DNA of 64,000 nucleotides from Thermoplasmatota archaeon (GCA_028279595.1 JANQNK010000006.1:32001-96000); one strand, 5' to 3'. Positions 9,515 through 21,011 are shown, numbered from the stretch's first letter. Numbers and translations: made by a program. Notes: generated by a model not told the origin, from the letters alone.

Positions 9515-10477
9515 CTAAGACAGAACGATATCGTAGCACATCTGATCGACCGCTGGAGACACCGACCGTACCTTGTGCTTTGATATCTGGAAGTTGCGTT
9601 CGAAGAGTATCGTGTTCATCGCCTCGTCGATTATCTGGGCGCTCTCCTGGGCGACCATGAGATAGAGATGTATCGTTCCCTGGTCGATGACGCCGAGGGC
9701 GTCGTCCAGGAACTCGAGCGCTCCCGTCGGATGGTTCATTACTATCCTGTCGACCTTCATTCCTCTTCGAGCGAGGGCAGGCACTGCATTGTGCGAATCA
9801 CCTACTATCGTCGTGATCCTCTCGTCGAGGTCGTTGTTCTTCGCGTTCCTGCGGGCAAGCAGAACGGCGACCTCGTTGATGTCCACGGCGAACACGTCGC
9901 ATCCGTTCCGGGCCATGTGGAGCGAGAAGGGTCCGACGCCGCAGAACATGTCCAGAGCGCTCTCGCAATCTGCCATCAGAGCTGTGACTCGCTCCCTCTC
10001 GGTGGCCAGCCTCGGCGAATAGTAGGCGTTCTTCACATCCACTTCCATGTCGAAGCCCGATTCGCGGACGAGCGTGACCGGTACGTCCGGACCGGCCAGG
10101 AGTGTCAGCTCGGGGGTCCGGAACGGTCCGTCGATCCCGGATGTGCAGTAGACGGTCCTGACCTTCTTGTGTCTCTTCAGGACCTCATTGGCCTCTTCCT
10201 CCCCGCAGTCCCGGACTATCGCGATCTCGCCGATGAGGTCGTACGGGATCCGCTTCTCGGCCTCTCGGATCACGAACCTTCCGATGCCCGTGTTAGCGAA
10301 GACGCCGATGTTCGATAGGATGTCGACAGCGTTGTCCGCATCCAGAACGGGGACGAGCAGCCTTTCGGCCGCCCGCCGTGCTGGAGCTGGAGCCAGGGCC
10401 CCTGCGTCGCTCAAAGCCTTCCTCGCCCTCTCGGCGGCCTTGAGCGGAACTGAAACGAAAGGCAGCTCTTCGAGCAT
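9515..10477 (-). CDS. Trm5/Met-10+ family tRNA methyltransferase
   Basis: YDLIGEIAIV, YYSPRLATERERV, DMFCGVGPF, DIN, RIVMNHP. Confidence 0.88.
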   Translation of the reverse strand: MLEELPFVSVPLKAAERARKALSDAGALAPAPARRAAERLLVPVLDADNAVDILSNIGVFANTGIGRFVIREAEKRIPYDLIGEIAIVRDCGEEEANEVLKRHKKVRTVYCTSGIDGPFRTPELTLLAGPDVPVTLVRESGFDMEVDVKNAYYSPRLATERERVTALMADCESALDMFCGVGPFSLHMARNGCDVFAVDINEVAVLLARRNAKNNDLDERITTIVGDSHNAVPALARRGMKVDRIVMNHPTGALEFLDDALGVIDQGTIHLYLMVAQESAQIIDEAMNTILFERNFQISKHKVRSVSPAVDQMCYDIVLS

Positions 10478-10636
10478 CGTACCGAATTCGATTCGTTGGT
10501 ATTAAGTGTTATCGGGACGAGTGGCAATTGACAATCAAAGATGACCCCCCGCCCCACGGCCACCCCGACGTAGAATGAAAACCAAATATTGCATAGTGTG
10601 TCGAGCAGTTTGCCACTGGCTATTCTATACTGTTAA

Positions 10637-12304
<1,668 letters not shown>

Positions 12305-12310
12305 GGGGGA

Positions 12311-12538
12311 TCACTCCGCAACTGTCCAGACCCAGGTCCTCTTCTCGGGCGAGAAGGACCCGACAACCTTCTTCCTGTGCTTGAGCATCATGAGGACCCT
12401 GACGACGCGCTCGGAGCATTCCGCGCCCCTGTGGGCGAGGTCGCTCTCGACGTCCGCCGTGGTGCGCGGGTTCCCGTCGGACAGCAGTCCGAGGATGATA
12501 TCCGCCGCCTCGTCGTCCTGAGTCATCGTCTCGTACAT
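12311..12538 (-). CDS. Small winged-helix-like hypothetical protein
   Basis: 75 aa, helix-rich then a beta-hairpin ending KRTWVW; 6 nt upstream of and co-oriented with the mutase. Confidence 0.65.
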   Translation of the reverse strand: MYETMTQDDEAADIILGLLSDGNPRTTADVESDLAHRGAECSERVVRVLMMLKHRKKVVGSFSPEKRTWVWTVAE

Positions 12539-12604
12539 GGGAATGTGGTTAAAAAGGATTGCCCGATTCCCAAAAGGTTAAAAGGGTCGTTGGCGTGAAG
12601 GGGG

Positions 12605-14203
12605 ATGATGAAGTGGGACAAGCCAACGCTCATCATGGCCGCGATGTTCGTGGCCGTGGGCCTTCTCGCACTGACCATTACCCCTGTGTTCGTCGACGAG
12701 GGCATGCAGGCCTTCGAGGACGAGGAGTCGCTCCTGAATCCGCTTTGGTACATGGCGATGATAGTCCTGCTCGCCCTCGGGATCCTCTTCCTCATCAAGA
12801 TGGGATTCAAGAACGTCATCAGGGCGATCATCTTCTTCGTGTTCTTCATGGCGATATCCTACGTGATCTACCCATTCATGGCGATGTACCTCGAGGGGGA
12901 CACCTCCGAGGAATGGGAGTTGATGGACTTCGGCGACGACGTGGTCGCGATCCAGGTCCTTGACGGTGGTGTTCACAGGGACGCTATTGCGGTCCAGTAC
13001 TCGAACGGGACCACGGTCGTGCACAATAACTTCGGTCCATGGGGGACCCTTCCCAACCTTGATCCGGCAGGGATTGCTGGCAGGACCGCCTACATGGATA
13101 ATTACAGGATCGAAGCCGCAGAGAACGTAACCTCCTGGAACATCAACCACTCCAGCATCGTCGCTGTCCTCAACGTGTCCTCGGCATCCGTCTACGACTA
13201 TCGTCCAGGGACGGGATTCGTGCTCATGACGGCCGATGGAGCGTTATACAAGATCGATTCGAACCTTACCCGGGACAGGATCGTCAAGTACAGCAGACCG
13301 ATCCGACACGTAGAGGCCGTCGATATGTGGGGAGACGACCGCTACGAGATCATCGTCCTTGAGGGAGATAACGTACACATACTCTACGGAGACGGATACG
13401 CCACCGATTGGGTGGTCTCCGATATCCTCGGGGAACTCGAAGCGGTGGACGCCGGAGCCGGCGAGTGGGACGGGGACGACGATACCGTCGAGCTCTTCGT
13501 CGTGGCCGATGGAAAGGTCTACAGCATCGAGATATTCACTGGATCATACGACATGAACGAAGTACTGGCCTCGCCGCAGTTCATAGCCAGCATCATCGCG
13601 ATGACCCTTGCAATCGCACTCGCAGGACTCCTCTGGTTCTGGCCGGAATGGTACGTCCTGGACACCCTCGGCGTCGTGATCGCCGCGGGCATCGCTTCCC
13701 TTATCGGAATATCCTTCGCCCCTCTTCCCGCAATAGTCCTGCTTCTCGGTCTTATAGTCTACGACGCTGTCGCTGTTTATCAATCGAAGCACATGATAGC
13801 GTTGGCCGACGAAGCGGTGGAGCAGCATCTCCCTCTCCTCGTGGTGATCCCGAAGGAGAAGGGATACAGCTACATGGACCAGGGTTCCATCAGGGAGCAG
13901 ATCGATAAGGGCGAGGAGCGCGAGGCGATGTTCCTCGGCCTCGGAGACCTCATCATACCGACGGTACTGGTCGTTTCATCCTACAGGTTCCTGGACCCAT
14001 CGACGAGCTTCCTGGGTTTCGGAGGGAATCTCGTGGTCGCCCTCGGAACGATGGTCGGGATCCTGGGTGGATTCATCTTCCTGAGCTACCAGGTCGCGAG
14101 CGGGAAACCCCAGGCCGGACTGCCCGCCCTCAACTCGGGCGCACTCGCTGGTTTCTGCGCCTCGGCGGTCGTGGTCTACGGCTCCCTCGGCTTCCTGCTG
14201 TGA
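12605..14203 (+). CDS. Presenilin-family (GxGD) intramembrane aspartyl protease PSH with large insertion
   Basis: VYDAVAVY..KHM..LA, FLGLGDLIIP, PQAGLPALN; about 9 TM helices. Confidence 0.92.
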   Translation: MMKWDKPTLIMAAMFVAVGLLALTITPVFVDEGMQAFEDEESLLNPLWYMAMIVLLALGILFLIKMGFKNVIRAIIFFVFFMAISYVIYPFMAMYLEGDTSEEWELMDFGDDVVAIQVLDGGVHRDAIAVQYSNGTTVVHNNFGPWGTLPNLDPAGIAGRTAYMDNYRIEAAENVTSWNINHSSIVAVLNVSSASVYDYRPGTGFVLMTADGALYKIDSNLTRDRIVKYSRPIRHVEAVDMWGDDRYEIIVLEGDNVHILYGDGYATDWVVSDILGELEAVDAGAGEWDGDDDTVELFVVADGKVYSIEIFTGSYDMNEVLASPQFIASIIAMTLAIALAGLLWFWPEWYVLDTLGVVIAAGIASLIGISFAPLPAIVLLLGLIVYDAVAVYQSKHMIALADEAVEQHLPLLVVIPKEKGYSYMDQGSIREQIDKGEEREAMFLGLGDLIIPTVLVVSSYRFLDPSTSFLGFGGNLVVALGTMVGILGGFIFLSYQVASGKPQAGLPALNSGALAGFCASAVVVYGSLGFLL

Positions 14204-14350
14204 GTCCGCGCTCGATGACTACCCGAGGGGTCATCAACGCGTCTCGATATTGATCATGAATGGGGTATCACTGGTTCGTCGAACACCGTTGATGTCCGGT
14301 CCGTTGGCAAAGGATTAAATGGCACAGCATTATCTCCGGGCGGTGACACC

Positions 14351-15592
14351 ATGGAACGGCTTTCCGGAATAATCAGGGAGCAGATCAAGAAACCGTCCCC
14401 CATAAGGCAGATCATGAAGATGGCCGCCAGGGAGAACATATTGGCCATGGGCCTTGACCCTGACGACGTGATCTCCTACGGTGGAGGCTGGGTCAACCAC
14501 CCGGCGCCCCCGCGGCTCATCGAGATATACTCCGAGATCATCAACGATCCCGAGGCGTTCCATACCACCGGCGGGTACAGCCCAACACCCGGAATGCCCC
14601 CCATGAAGGACGCGCTCTGCAAGCTCGAGGGGACCCTCGCGGGCCAGGACATTGGACCGGAGAACATCATCGTCGGACAGAGCAGTACCCAGACCACACA
14701 CGACCTGTTCGTATCGATCATGGACCCGGGCGACACCCTGCTGATCCCGGACCCGTCCTATGCGAACTATCCCGGTCAGCTATCGTTCGCCGTCCCCGGA
14801 GCCAAGCTCGCTCGGTTCCCGGTGTTCGACCCGGAGTCCTGGGAGTTCGCCCCGGACACAGATGCGATAATCGAATCCGTCAAGACTGCCGTTTCCGAGC
14901 TCGGACCGAAGGCAGTCCTATTCCCCGCACCTGACAATCCCACGAGCAAGGTCCTCCCGCAGGAGGTCGTCGAGGGCATCGCCGACATAACCGAGGACGC
15001 GGGCGCGTTCCTCATTTTCGACATGGCCTACAGGACACAGATGTTCGTTGACCCGCCAGCATACTATGGCTGGTCCCCGAGGGAACGCGAGAACCTGATC
15101 TACCTCCACTCGAACTCGAAATGGGGCCGGGGCCTCGGCCGCAGGCTCGCATGGCTCGTCGCGTCCAATGACGTGATCGACGCCATGGAGAGGATACAGC
15201 AGTGCACCATACTCTGTCCCGACACACTGCATCAGATGGCGATGACGTCCTATCTCGAGGAGTCCATCGAAGACGGCTCCCTCGTCAACTATCTGCGCGA
15301 GGTCAACGAGATGTATCGGACCGCCGCGAGGATGACGCTGCAGGCGATCGACGAGCACATCGGGTACCCGAGGACTGATCCCGACGGCGGCCTCTATACC
15401 GTCATGAAGGTCTCGACGGACGCCGACGAGTTCGTTCCCGAGGTGCTGAAGAACACCGGGGTCCTCTTCATCCCCGGAGGAGGATTCGGACCCGCCCTCA
15501 AGGAGGGTGTTCGGATATCCTACGGCCCCCTCGTAAGCAGTCTTGAGCGCATCGAGGAGGGAATGGAGCGGGTCGGCAAGCACCTTGCCTAG
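14351..15592 (+). CDS. PLP-dependent aminotransferase class I/II
   Basis: PDPSYANY, PDNPT, DMAY, HSNSK...GRRLAW, PGGGF, VRISY. Confidence 0.9.
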   Translation: MERLSGIIREQIKKPSPIRQIMKMAARENILAMGLDPDDVISYGGGWVNHPAPPRLIEIYSEIINDPEAFHTTGGYSPTPGMPPMKDALCKLEGTLAGQDIGPENIIVGQSSTQTTHDLFVSIMDPGDTLLIPDPSYANYPGQLSFAVPGAKLARFPVFDPESWEFAPDTDAIIESVKTAVSELGPKAVLFPAPDNPTSKVLPQEVVEGIADITEDAGAFLIFDMAYRTQMFVDPPAYYGWSPRERENLIYLHSNSKWGRGLGRRLAWLVASNDVIDAMERIQQCTILCPDTLHQMAMTSYLEESIEDGSLVNYLREVNEMYRTAARMTLQAIDEHIGYPRTDPDGGLYTVMKVSTDADEFVPEVLKNTGVLFIPGGGFGPALKEGVRISYGPLVSSLERIEEGMERVGKHLA

Positions 15593-15680
15593 CATCACCC
15601 GATGGTGTATTAACGGAAAATCGCCTGAAACTATCGAAAACCTACTCTAAACGCATAATATTTTAATGGTGAATATTGAT

Positions 15681-15724
15681 AAAATAACGGTTATTTTGAC
15701 ATATAACCGCAAAAAATATATATA
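15681..15724 (+). promoter_or_regulatory. Pilin promoter: palindrome AAAATAAC-G-GTTATTTT followed by BRE/TATA (AAAAAA-TATATATA)
   Basis: Perfect 8-bp inverted repeat at 15681-15697; TATA at 15717-15724; GGAGG SD at 15761-15765. Confidence 0.6.
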
Positions 15725-15773
15725 CACACCTAACCTTACTGAGATTCGGAAAAGTCCGATGGAGGATTGGCAA

Positions 15774-16367
15774 ATGATAAAGAAAATATGGAAGGACGAG
15801 GAGGCAGTATCTCCCGTTATCGCCGTCATTCTGATGGTGGCGATCACTGTCGTGCTGGCTGCCGTTCTCTACGTATGGGCGCAGAGTTTCGCTGGAGATC
15901 AGTCTGGCGTGACTACCATCGCCTGGCAAGTTAGTGTGGAAGGGAACAACTACATCATCGAGATAATCGATGTGAACTCGGAGAGTCTGGATGAGGTCGG
16001 CTGGTCCGTTCTCAACACGAACAGGCTCGTGACCACGTGGGAGAACATACACAACCCGAGCGACGACATCCGTATGGAAGGAGACTTAATGGACGTCAAC
16101 TTCACTCAGTCAGCTTACAATGCTGCTGACGAGCAGGCGTACAACAAGTTCTACTCCCAGGACCCGATCGTGCCGGGAGAGACCCTAAACCACACGCTCT
16201 GTGTAGTCTTCATGGATGTAAACGCTGATGGTAAGCTCAGCAGCGGTGACGTCATTTGGATCCGTTCTGAGGAGAACAATGGCTGTGCAGACGAGGACTT
16301 CCGCTTCCGTATGATCAACAACAAGGAAAGCCAAGCATACGGTGAGCTCGTCCTACCTGGCACCTGA
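15774..16367 (+). CDS. Archaeal type IV pilin/archaellin-like protein
   Basis: Class III signal peptide KDEEA/VSPVIAVILMVAITVVLAAVLYVW; start reassigned to the ATG after GGAGG; C-terminal DVNADGKLSSGD. Confidence 0.92.
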   Translation: MIKKIWKDEEAVSPVIAVILMVAITVVLAAVLYVWAQSFAGDQSGVTTIAWQVSVEGNNYIIEIIDVNSESLDEVGWSVLNTNRLVTTWENIHNPSDDIRMEGDLMDVNFTQSAYNAADEQAYNKFYSQDPIVPGETLNHTLCVVFMDVNADGKLSSGDVIWIRSEENNGCADEDFRFRMINNKESQAYGELVLPGT

Positions 16368-16392
16368 ACAAGGTCAGCCATTAAAACCAAGG

Positions 16393-16433
16393 GTAAATGG
16401 GCTTCGGCCCATTTACTTTAATATTTTTTTTTT
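16393..16433 (+). terminator. Hairpin plus poly-T terminator of the pilin gene
   Basis: GTAAATGGGC-TTCG-GCCCATTTAC 10-bp stem with a cUUCGg loop, then a 10-T run. Confidence 0.85.
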
Positions 16434-16547
16434 GTTCTTTCTCCCAATGTGAGTCACGTCGACTACCATCGAATATCATCGGTGATCAACTCTGACCATG
16501 GGTGATGGATGGTCTTCTGAAAATGATATGTTTTTCAGACGTCTCGA

Positions 16548-17246
16548 TCAATAACCGTACAGTGGGCCGAGGACCATCAGGCCGTCGTCACCGACGTCCA
16601 GGACGAACTTCTCCATGTCGTGCTTCACGGCACGCATCTTCTTGATCTGGAGGTACCTCCTGACGTTCTGGGTCGTCTCGACCACTCCCAGCTCGATCAC
16701 GCCGTCCACGAGGAACAGCATGGTCTCCGCTCCCGCATAGGACTCCGTGAGGCCGATCCTCTCCATGATTATGGTCGTTGTGAGGTCGTTCTCCCTGAGG
16801 GTGTTGAAGAAGTGGTACATCTCACGTCTCGGGTCGTCGATGTCCACAAGGGAGTAGAGGGCTCCCAGGGAGTCGATGACCACGTACTTGAACCTCTCCT
16901 CGTTCTGCCTCTTGAAGGAGATGATGATGGAGAGGATCATCCTGAGGAAGGCGAGGTGCTTCTCCTCTCCCCTGAACTTCCTCCTCAGGCTGTTGTAATC
17001 GACGATCTTGAGGCGCTCCTCGACACCGATCCCGAGGGAGTTGAGGTTGTGATTGAGGCTCTGACCCCCCTCCTCGAGCGTAATGTAGATGCCCAGGGTG
17101 TCGTCCCTCTGGCATTGAGCGGCGATGAGCGAGTAGGCGAAGCTGGACTTCAGGGTGCCGCCCTCACCCACTATGGCGAGGGCTATGGTATGGTCGATAT
17201 CCGTCTTGAATATCTTGTCGAGCCCCTTAACGGAATCCCGGAACAC
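16548..17246 (-). CDS. KaiC/RAD55-family ATPase (single domain)
   Basis: GLDKIF, variant Walker A GEGGTLKS, YITLEE, VVIDSL, FLVDGVIEL, RYLQIKKMR. Confidence 0.88.
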   Translation of the reverse strand: MFRDSVKGLDKIFKTDIDHTIALAIVGEGGTLKSSFAYSLIAAQCQRDDTLGIYITLEEGGQSLNHNLNSLGIGVEERLKIVDYNSLRRKFRGEEKHLAFLRMILSIIISFKRQNEERFKYVVIDSLGALYSLVDIDDPRREMYHFFNTLRENDLTTTIIMERIGLTESYAGAETMLFLVDGVIELGVVETTQNVRRYLQIKKMRAVKHDMEKFVLDVGDDGLMVLGPLYGY

Positions 17247-17356
17247 CTGCTCTCACCGGTGCCTCATCGTAATTTTGGTTATAAAGGTTTGTGATTGCCA
17301 AACGCACGATTCGGATGCGGGAATAGCCTCAAATACCCAAAACCGTTTCGAGTGGC

Positions 17357-18409
17357 ATGGACCGTACCATCACTATGGCCCACGGCGCAGGCGGCGAGGT
17401 CATGATGGGCCTAGTCGAGAAGGTCATTGTCGCAGGCCTGGCAGACCTTGCGCCGGATTCCCCCGTCCCGCTGACATCTCTGGAGGACGGTGCAGTCGTC
17501 GGGGACATGGTATTCACCACCGACGCTCACACGGTGTCACCCCTTTTCTTCCCGGGAGGCGACATCGGATCGCTCTCCATTGCAGGCACCATTAACGACG
17601 TGGCTGTTATGGGTGCCGAACCGATCGCTTTGTCCCTCGCCCTCGTGCTCGAGGAGGGATTGCCGATCGAGGACCTCGAGAGGATAGTCGCCAGCGTACG
17701 TTCGACCTGCGAGGAGGCGGGGGTCGGCGTCGTCACAGGAGACACCAAGGTTATGGAGAAGGGTGCGGTGGACGGCGTTGTCACATGTACATCCGGTATC
17801 GGCAGAAGGCATCCCGCACTTGACGGGAACCTCTCCGCGGTCGGCGAGGTCCGTGAACCACCCGAATGGCCGTCCGACGCAGCAGTGGCGGCCAGAGATG
17901 TCATCATCGTCTCGGGGACGATCGGGGATCATGGTACTTCGATACTGACCACGAGGGAGACCTACGGGTTCGAGATGGACGTCCCCTCGGACGTCGCTCC
18001 ACTGAACCGATTGATCGGTAACGCGCTGGGGATCGGCGGCGTGGTCGCGATGAAGGACCCGACCCGCGGAGGCGTCGCCAATGCACTCAATGAATGGTCG
18101 TCGAAATCGAACGTCGGCATAATGATGGACGAGGCAGCGCTTCCGATCAGGGACGATGTGAGTTCCGTCTGCGATCTACTGGGAATCGACCCTCTGGAGA
18201 TCGGCAACGAGGGCAAGGTCCTGATAGCTGTGATCCCGGAGAAGGCAGAAGAGGTCCTGGAAGCCGTGAGGTGCTCGCCGCACGGTGCCGACGCGACGAT
18301 CATCGGCCGTGCCGACCCGTCGTTCGAGGGTGTCGTCCTTGAGACCACCGTGGGCGGACGTCGATATGTCGATCCCCCGTCGGGAGACCCCGTCCCGCGT
18401 ATATGCTGA
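17357..18409 (+). CDS. hypE: Hydrogenase maturation carbamoyl dehydratase HypE
   Basis: HGAGG, TTDAHTVSPLFFPGGDIG, GDTKV, MKDPTRGG, NEGK, C-terminal PRIC. Confidence 0.95.
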   Translation: MDRTITMAHGAGGEVMMGLVEKVIVAGLADLAPDSPVPLTSLEDGAVVGDMVFTTDAHTVSPLFFPGGDIGSLSIAGTINDVAVMGAEPIALSLALVLEEGLPIEDLERIVASVRSTCEEAGVGVVTGDTKVMEKGAVDGVVTCTSGIGRRHPALDGNLSAVGEVREPPEWPSDAAVAARDVIIVSGTIGDHGTSILTTRETYGFEMDVPSDVAPLNRLIGNALGIGGVVAMKDPTRGGVANALNEWSSKSNVGIMMDEAALPIRDDVSSVCDLLGIDPLEIGNEGKVLIAVIPEKAEEVLEAVRCSPHGADATIIGRADPSFEGVVLETTVGGRRYVDPPSGDPVPRIC

Positions 18410-18475
18410 TCCTCCGACATCACATTCGGCCACCCCCCGCTCAACTTTTATATAACGACCGTACCCTCACCGTCC

Positions 18476-19333
18476 ATGCTCCTGCCGGACTATTACGAGG
18501 AGGACCTGGCCGAGGTCCTGAAAGGGCTCGAACCCAACCTCGCATCGGACATGCCGGCGGGGGATTTCATAGAGATCCAACCCACTGATGGAAGGGTATG
18601 CGCGGTCGACGGCGGTTCGGCGGTGCTGTTCGACGGCGGGTCCTTCACCATCGCCGCCGCCCGGGCAGGCAGTGTCCTTTACGATGGTCCTGCATCTGTC
18701 GACGAGGAAGTGTCGAGGATCTCCATCCGTCTGTTCGGTTCGAACGAGATCGACAGTGACGGCGGGTTCATGGAACCGATATCGTCGTGGCGCGCAGGAC
18801 TCGAGGAGGCGGCATCGATCGAGGCCATCGGCGACCTCGAGACCGGGGATGTACTGGCCATAGACGGTGCACTGGTGGGAGCAGGAGCCGGGTCGAGGAC
18901 CGAGAGGATCCTATCCGCGGCCGCTGACCGCGGTGTCAGGGTCGTCGGGGTGTCGAAGAAGACGAGGCTCGTGCACGTAGGAAGGCCAGCTGTGATGAAT
19001 GCGATGCTCTCTGCGGAGGCAGGCGGGGTAGGCCGACCATGGTACGTCCCTCTCATGGACCGTGGAGGAGTGACCACATCCATCGCGATGCTCCATTCGA
19101 TATCCACGTTCGCGTTCAGGATAGACCATACGGACCCATCGGCCCTGGACGTTCTTGCAGCGGCCTCGGGAGACCCTGTCTATCCCGGCTATCCATATCC
19201 CCTCGCCAGGGCGCACAACGCCGTGGCGATCCACAAACCGACCTCCCGCGGTCTGAGGTCGCTCCTTGCAGAGATGTGCAGGGAGTTGGACGGACTGGAG
19301 GACTTCCACGATGTGCTGGACCGCAACTGGTGA
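18476..19333 (+). CDS. nurA: NurA-family nuclease
   Basis: AVDGG, IDGAL, VGVSK, GYPYPLARAHN motifs; adjacent to HerA. Confidence 0.88.
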   Translation: MLLPDYYEEDLAEVLKGLEPNLASDMPAGDFIEIQPTDGRVCAVDGGSAVLFDGGSFTIAAARAGSVLYDGPASVDEEVSRISIRLFGSNEIDSDGGFMEPISSWRAGLEEAASIEAIGDLETGDVLAIDGALVGAGAGSRTERILSAAADRGVRVVGVSKKTRLVHVGRPAVMNAMLSAEAGGVGRPWYVPLMDRGGVTTSIAMLHSISTFAFRIDHTDPSALDVLAAASGDPVYPGYPYPLARAHNAVAIHKPTSRGLRSLLAEMCRELDGLEDFHDVLDRNW

Positions 19334-20865
19334 ATGAGGGTTTGATGATGACGATCGGAAGGATAACCGGACGGGACATGACGCAGATCCGCGTGAGGAC
19401 CGCCGAGACCGACGTGGAGGTCGGGGAGATCCTGGTGGCCGACGACGGTGGCGCCAGGTTCCTGCTCAGGGTGGTGAATATAGTCTACGGCATCGAGGGC
19501 GGCAGCGACGAATGGGCAGACAGGGCGGCTGGCTCCATGATCGCCGCGGACCGGGTCGGAGGTGAGACCGTCATGCACGACGAGGACCGCCGTCTCTACA
19601 ACGGTCTAGAATGCACGATCCTCGGCCGGATCGACGACGGGTTCAAGAGGGCCAAATCATTGCCAAGGCATTTCACACCAGTACGGAGGGCGGACGGGAC
19701 CGACCTGGCCGTGCTGGCCGAATGCATGGGGCCATTATCCGTGGGTTCGCTGAGGTCCGGCAGCAGGGAGATAGACCTGGCCGTCGGTCTCGATCCCGGC
19801 GAGATACCGTACCACATAGGGATATTCGCCACGACCGGGATGGGCAAGAGCAACCTGATGAAGGTCCTCGCCTCCTCGATGATCGGACACGGTGGGTGCG
19901 GTATGCTCATACTGGACCCCCATGGGGAATACTACGACGGTGGCGTCTCCGGCAAGGGGCTTATCCACGACCCGAGGCGCGGGCGCATCCAGGTCTACAG
20001 CTCGCGCGACCTTTCGGGCCCCCACAGGTCGATAGCCATTAGCTCACGGGAGATCGAGATCGAGGACCTGATGAACATCTACACGTTCAGCCGGGCCCAG
20101 AGCGATGCCTTCCAGAGCGCCAGGCGGGTGTACAAGGACAGGTGGTTGGACAGCCTGATGAGAAAGGAGGTCAACGAACTCGCGAACGACCTGCTGGGCA
20201 CGCAGGACGTCTCGCTACATGTCATCAAGCGGAGGCTTGCGAACCTGTTCAGGTCGAACATATTGACGGAGGATGCCACGATATCGATGACCGGCAACAT
20301 CCACCGGGAGCTTTCCGAAGGCAAGGTCGTCCTGGTCGACACATCAGCGCTCGGTGAGACCGAGGAGCTCCTGGTCAGCGTCGTCCTGGCAAGGGCGGTC
20401 CTCAACAGGAACAAGGAATCGTTCCTGGATCCCGCGAAACAGGGGCGCTCCATTCCCATGCTGATATCCATCGAGGAGGCCCAGAGGGTCCTCTACCGTC
20501 CGGACGAGGGCAGGACCAGGAACATCTTCGCCGAGATCGCCCGGGAGGGCAGGAAGTTCAATACCGGACTGTGTGCGATCTCCCAGCAGCCGAAACTCAT
20601 CGACCCCGAGGTGCTCTCGCAATTCAACACGCACGTCATCCTTGGTCTCTCGGACAGGAAGGACCGCGAGATCCTGCGGGACAGCGCGAAACAGGACATC
20701 GGACCCCTTGCAAACGAGATCCAGACGCTGATGGCGGGGGAGGCCGTACTGACCTCTCCAGGAAGACCGTTCCCGATACCCCTCAAGGTCCCGTTGTACG
20801 AGGATGTCATCCCGACGGACGGCGGTGCGGAGCCGAAGCGACGCACTGACGACCTGTTCTATTGA
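19330..20865 (+). CDS. herA: HerA-family helicase/ATPase
   Basis: N-terminal HAS barrel, HIGIFATTGMGKSN, LDPHGEY, IEEAQR, IAREGRKF, SQQP; GTG overlapping the nurA stop (or ATG at 19345). Confidence 0.92.
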   Translation: MNEGLMMTIGRITGRDMTQIRVRTAETDVEVGEILVADDGGARFLLRVVNIVYGIEGGSDEWADRAAGSMIAADRVGGETVMHDEDRRLYNGLECTILGRIDDGFKRAKSLPRHFTPVRRADGTDLAVLAECMGPLSVGSLRSGSREIDLAVGLDPGEIPYHIGIFATTGMGKSNLMKVLASSMIGHGGCGMLILDPHGEYYDGGVSGKGLIHDPRRGRIQVYSSRDLSGPHRSIAISSREIEIEDLMNIYTFSRAQSDAFQSARRVYKDRWLDSLMRKEVNELANDLLGTQDVSLHVIKRRLANLFRSNILTEDATISMTGNIHRELSEGKVVLVDTSALGETEELLVSVVLARAVLNRNKESFLDPAKQGRSIPMLISIEEAQRVLYRPDEGRTRNIFAEIAREGRKFNTGLCAISQQPKLIDPEVLSQFNTHVILGLSDRKDREILRDSAKQDIGPLANEIQTLMAGEAVLTSPGRPFPIPLKVPLYEDVIPTDGGAEPKRRTDDLFY

Positions 20866-21011
20866 TACGGCCTCGAACCGACAACCAGAACTGTCCCCGA
20901 ACCCTACGCCCCCAACCCCGACGTGGATCGAAAATGAGGACTGAGATCACTGGAGAGTTCGACAGTGGTCGATTCCGGTAAAAGGATTAATAAGGGTAGT
21001 GCTGGATTCCA

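Noticed and set aside
10520-10617. AGTGGCAA/TTGCCACT inverted repeat downstream of the mutase, considered as a cobalamin riboswitch or MITE
   Set aside because: Only 8 bp, on the 3' side of the mutase, lacking B12-box consensus and target-site duplication
19039-19329. N-terminal extension of the 608-aa HerA ORF
   Set aside because: Overlaps nurA out of frame and has shadow-like composition; the real start is at 19330 or 19345
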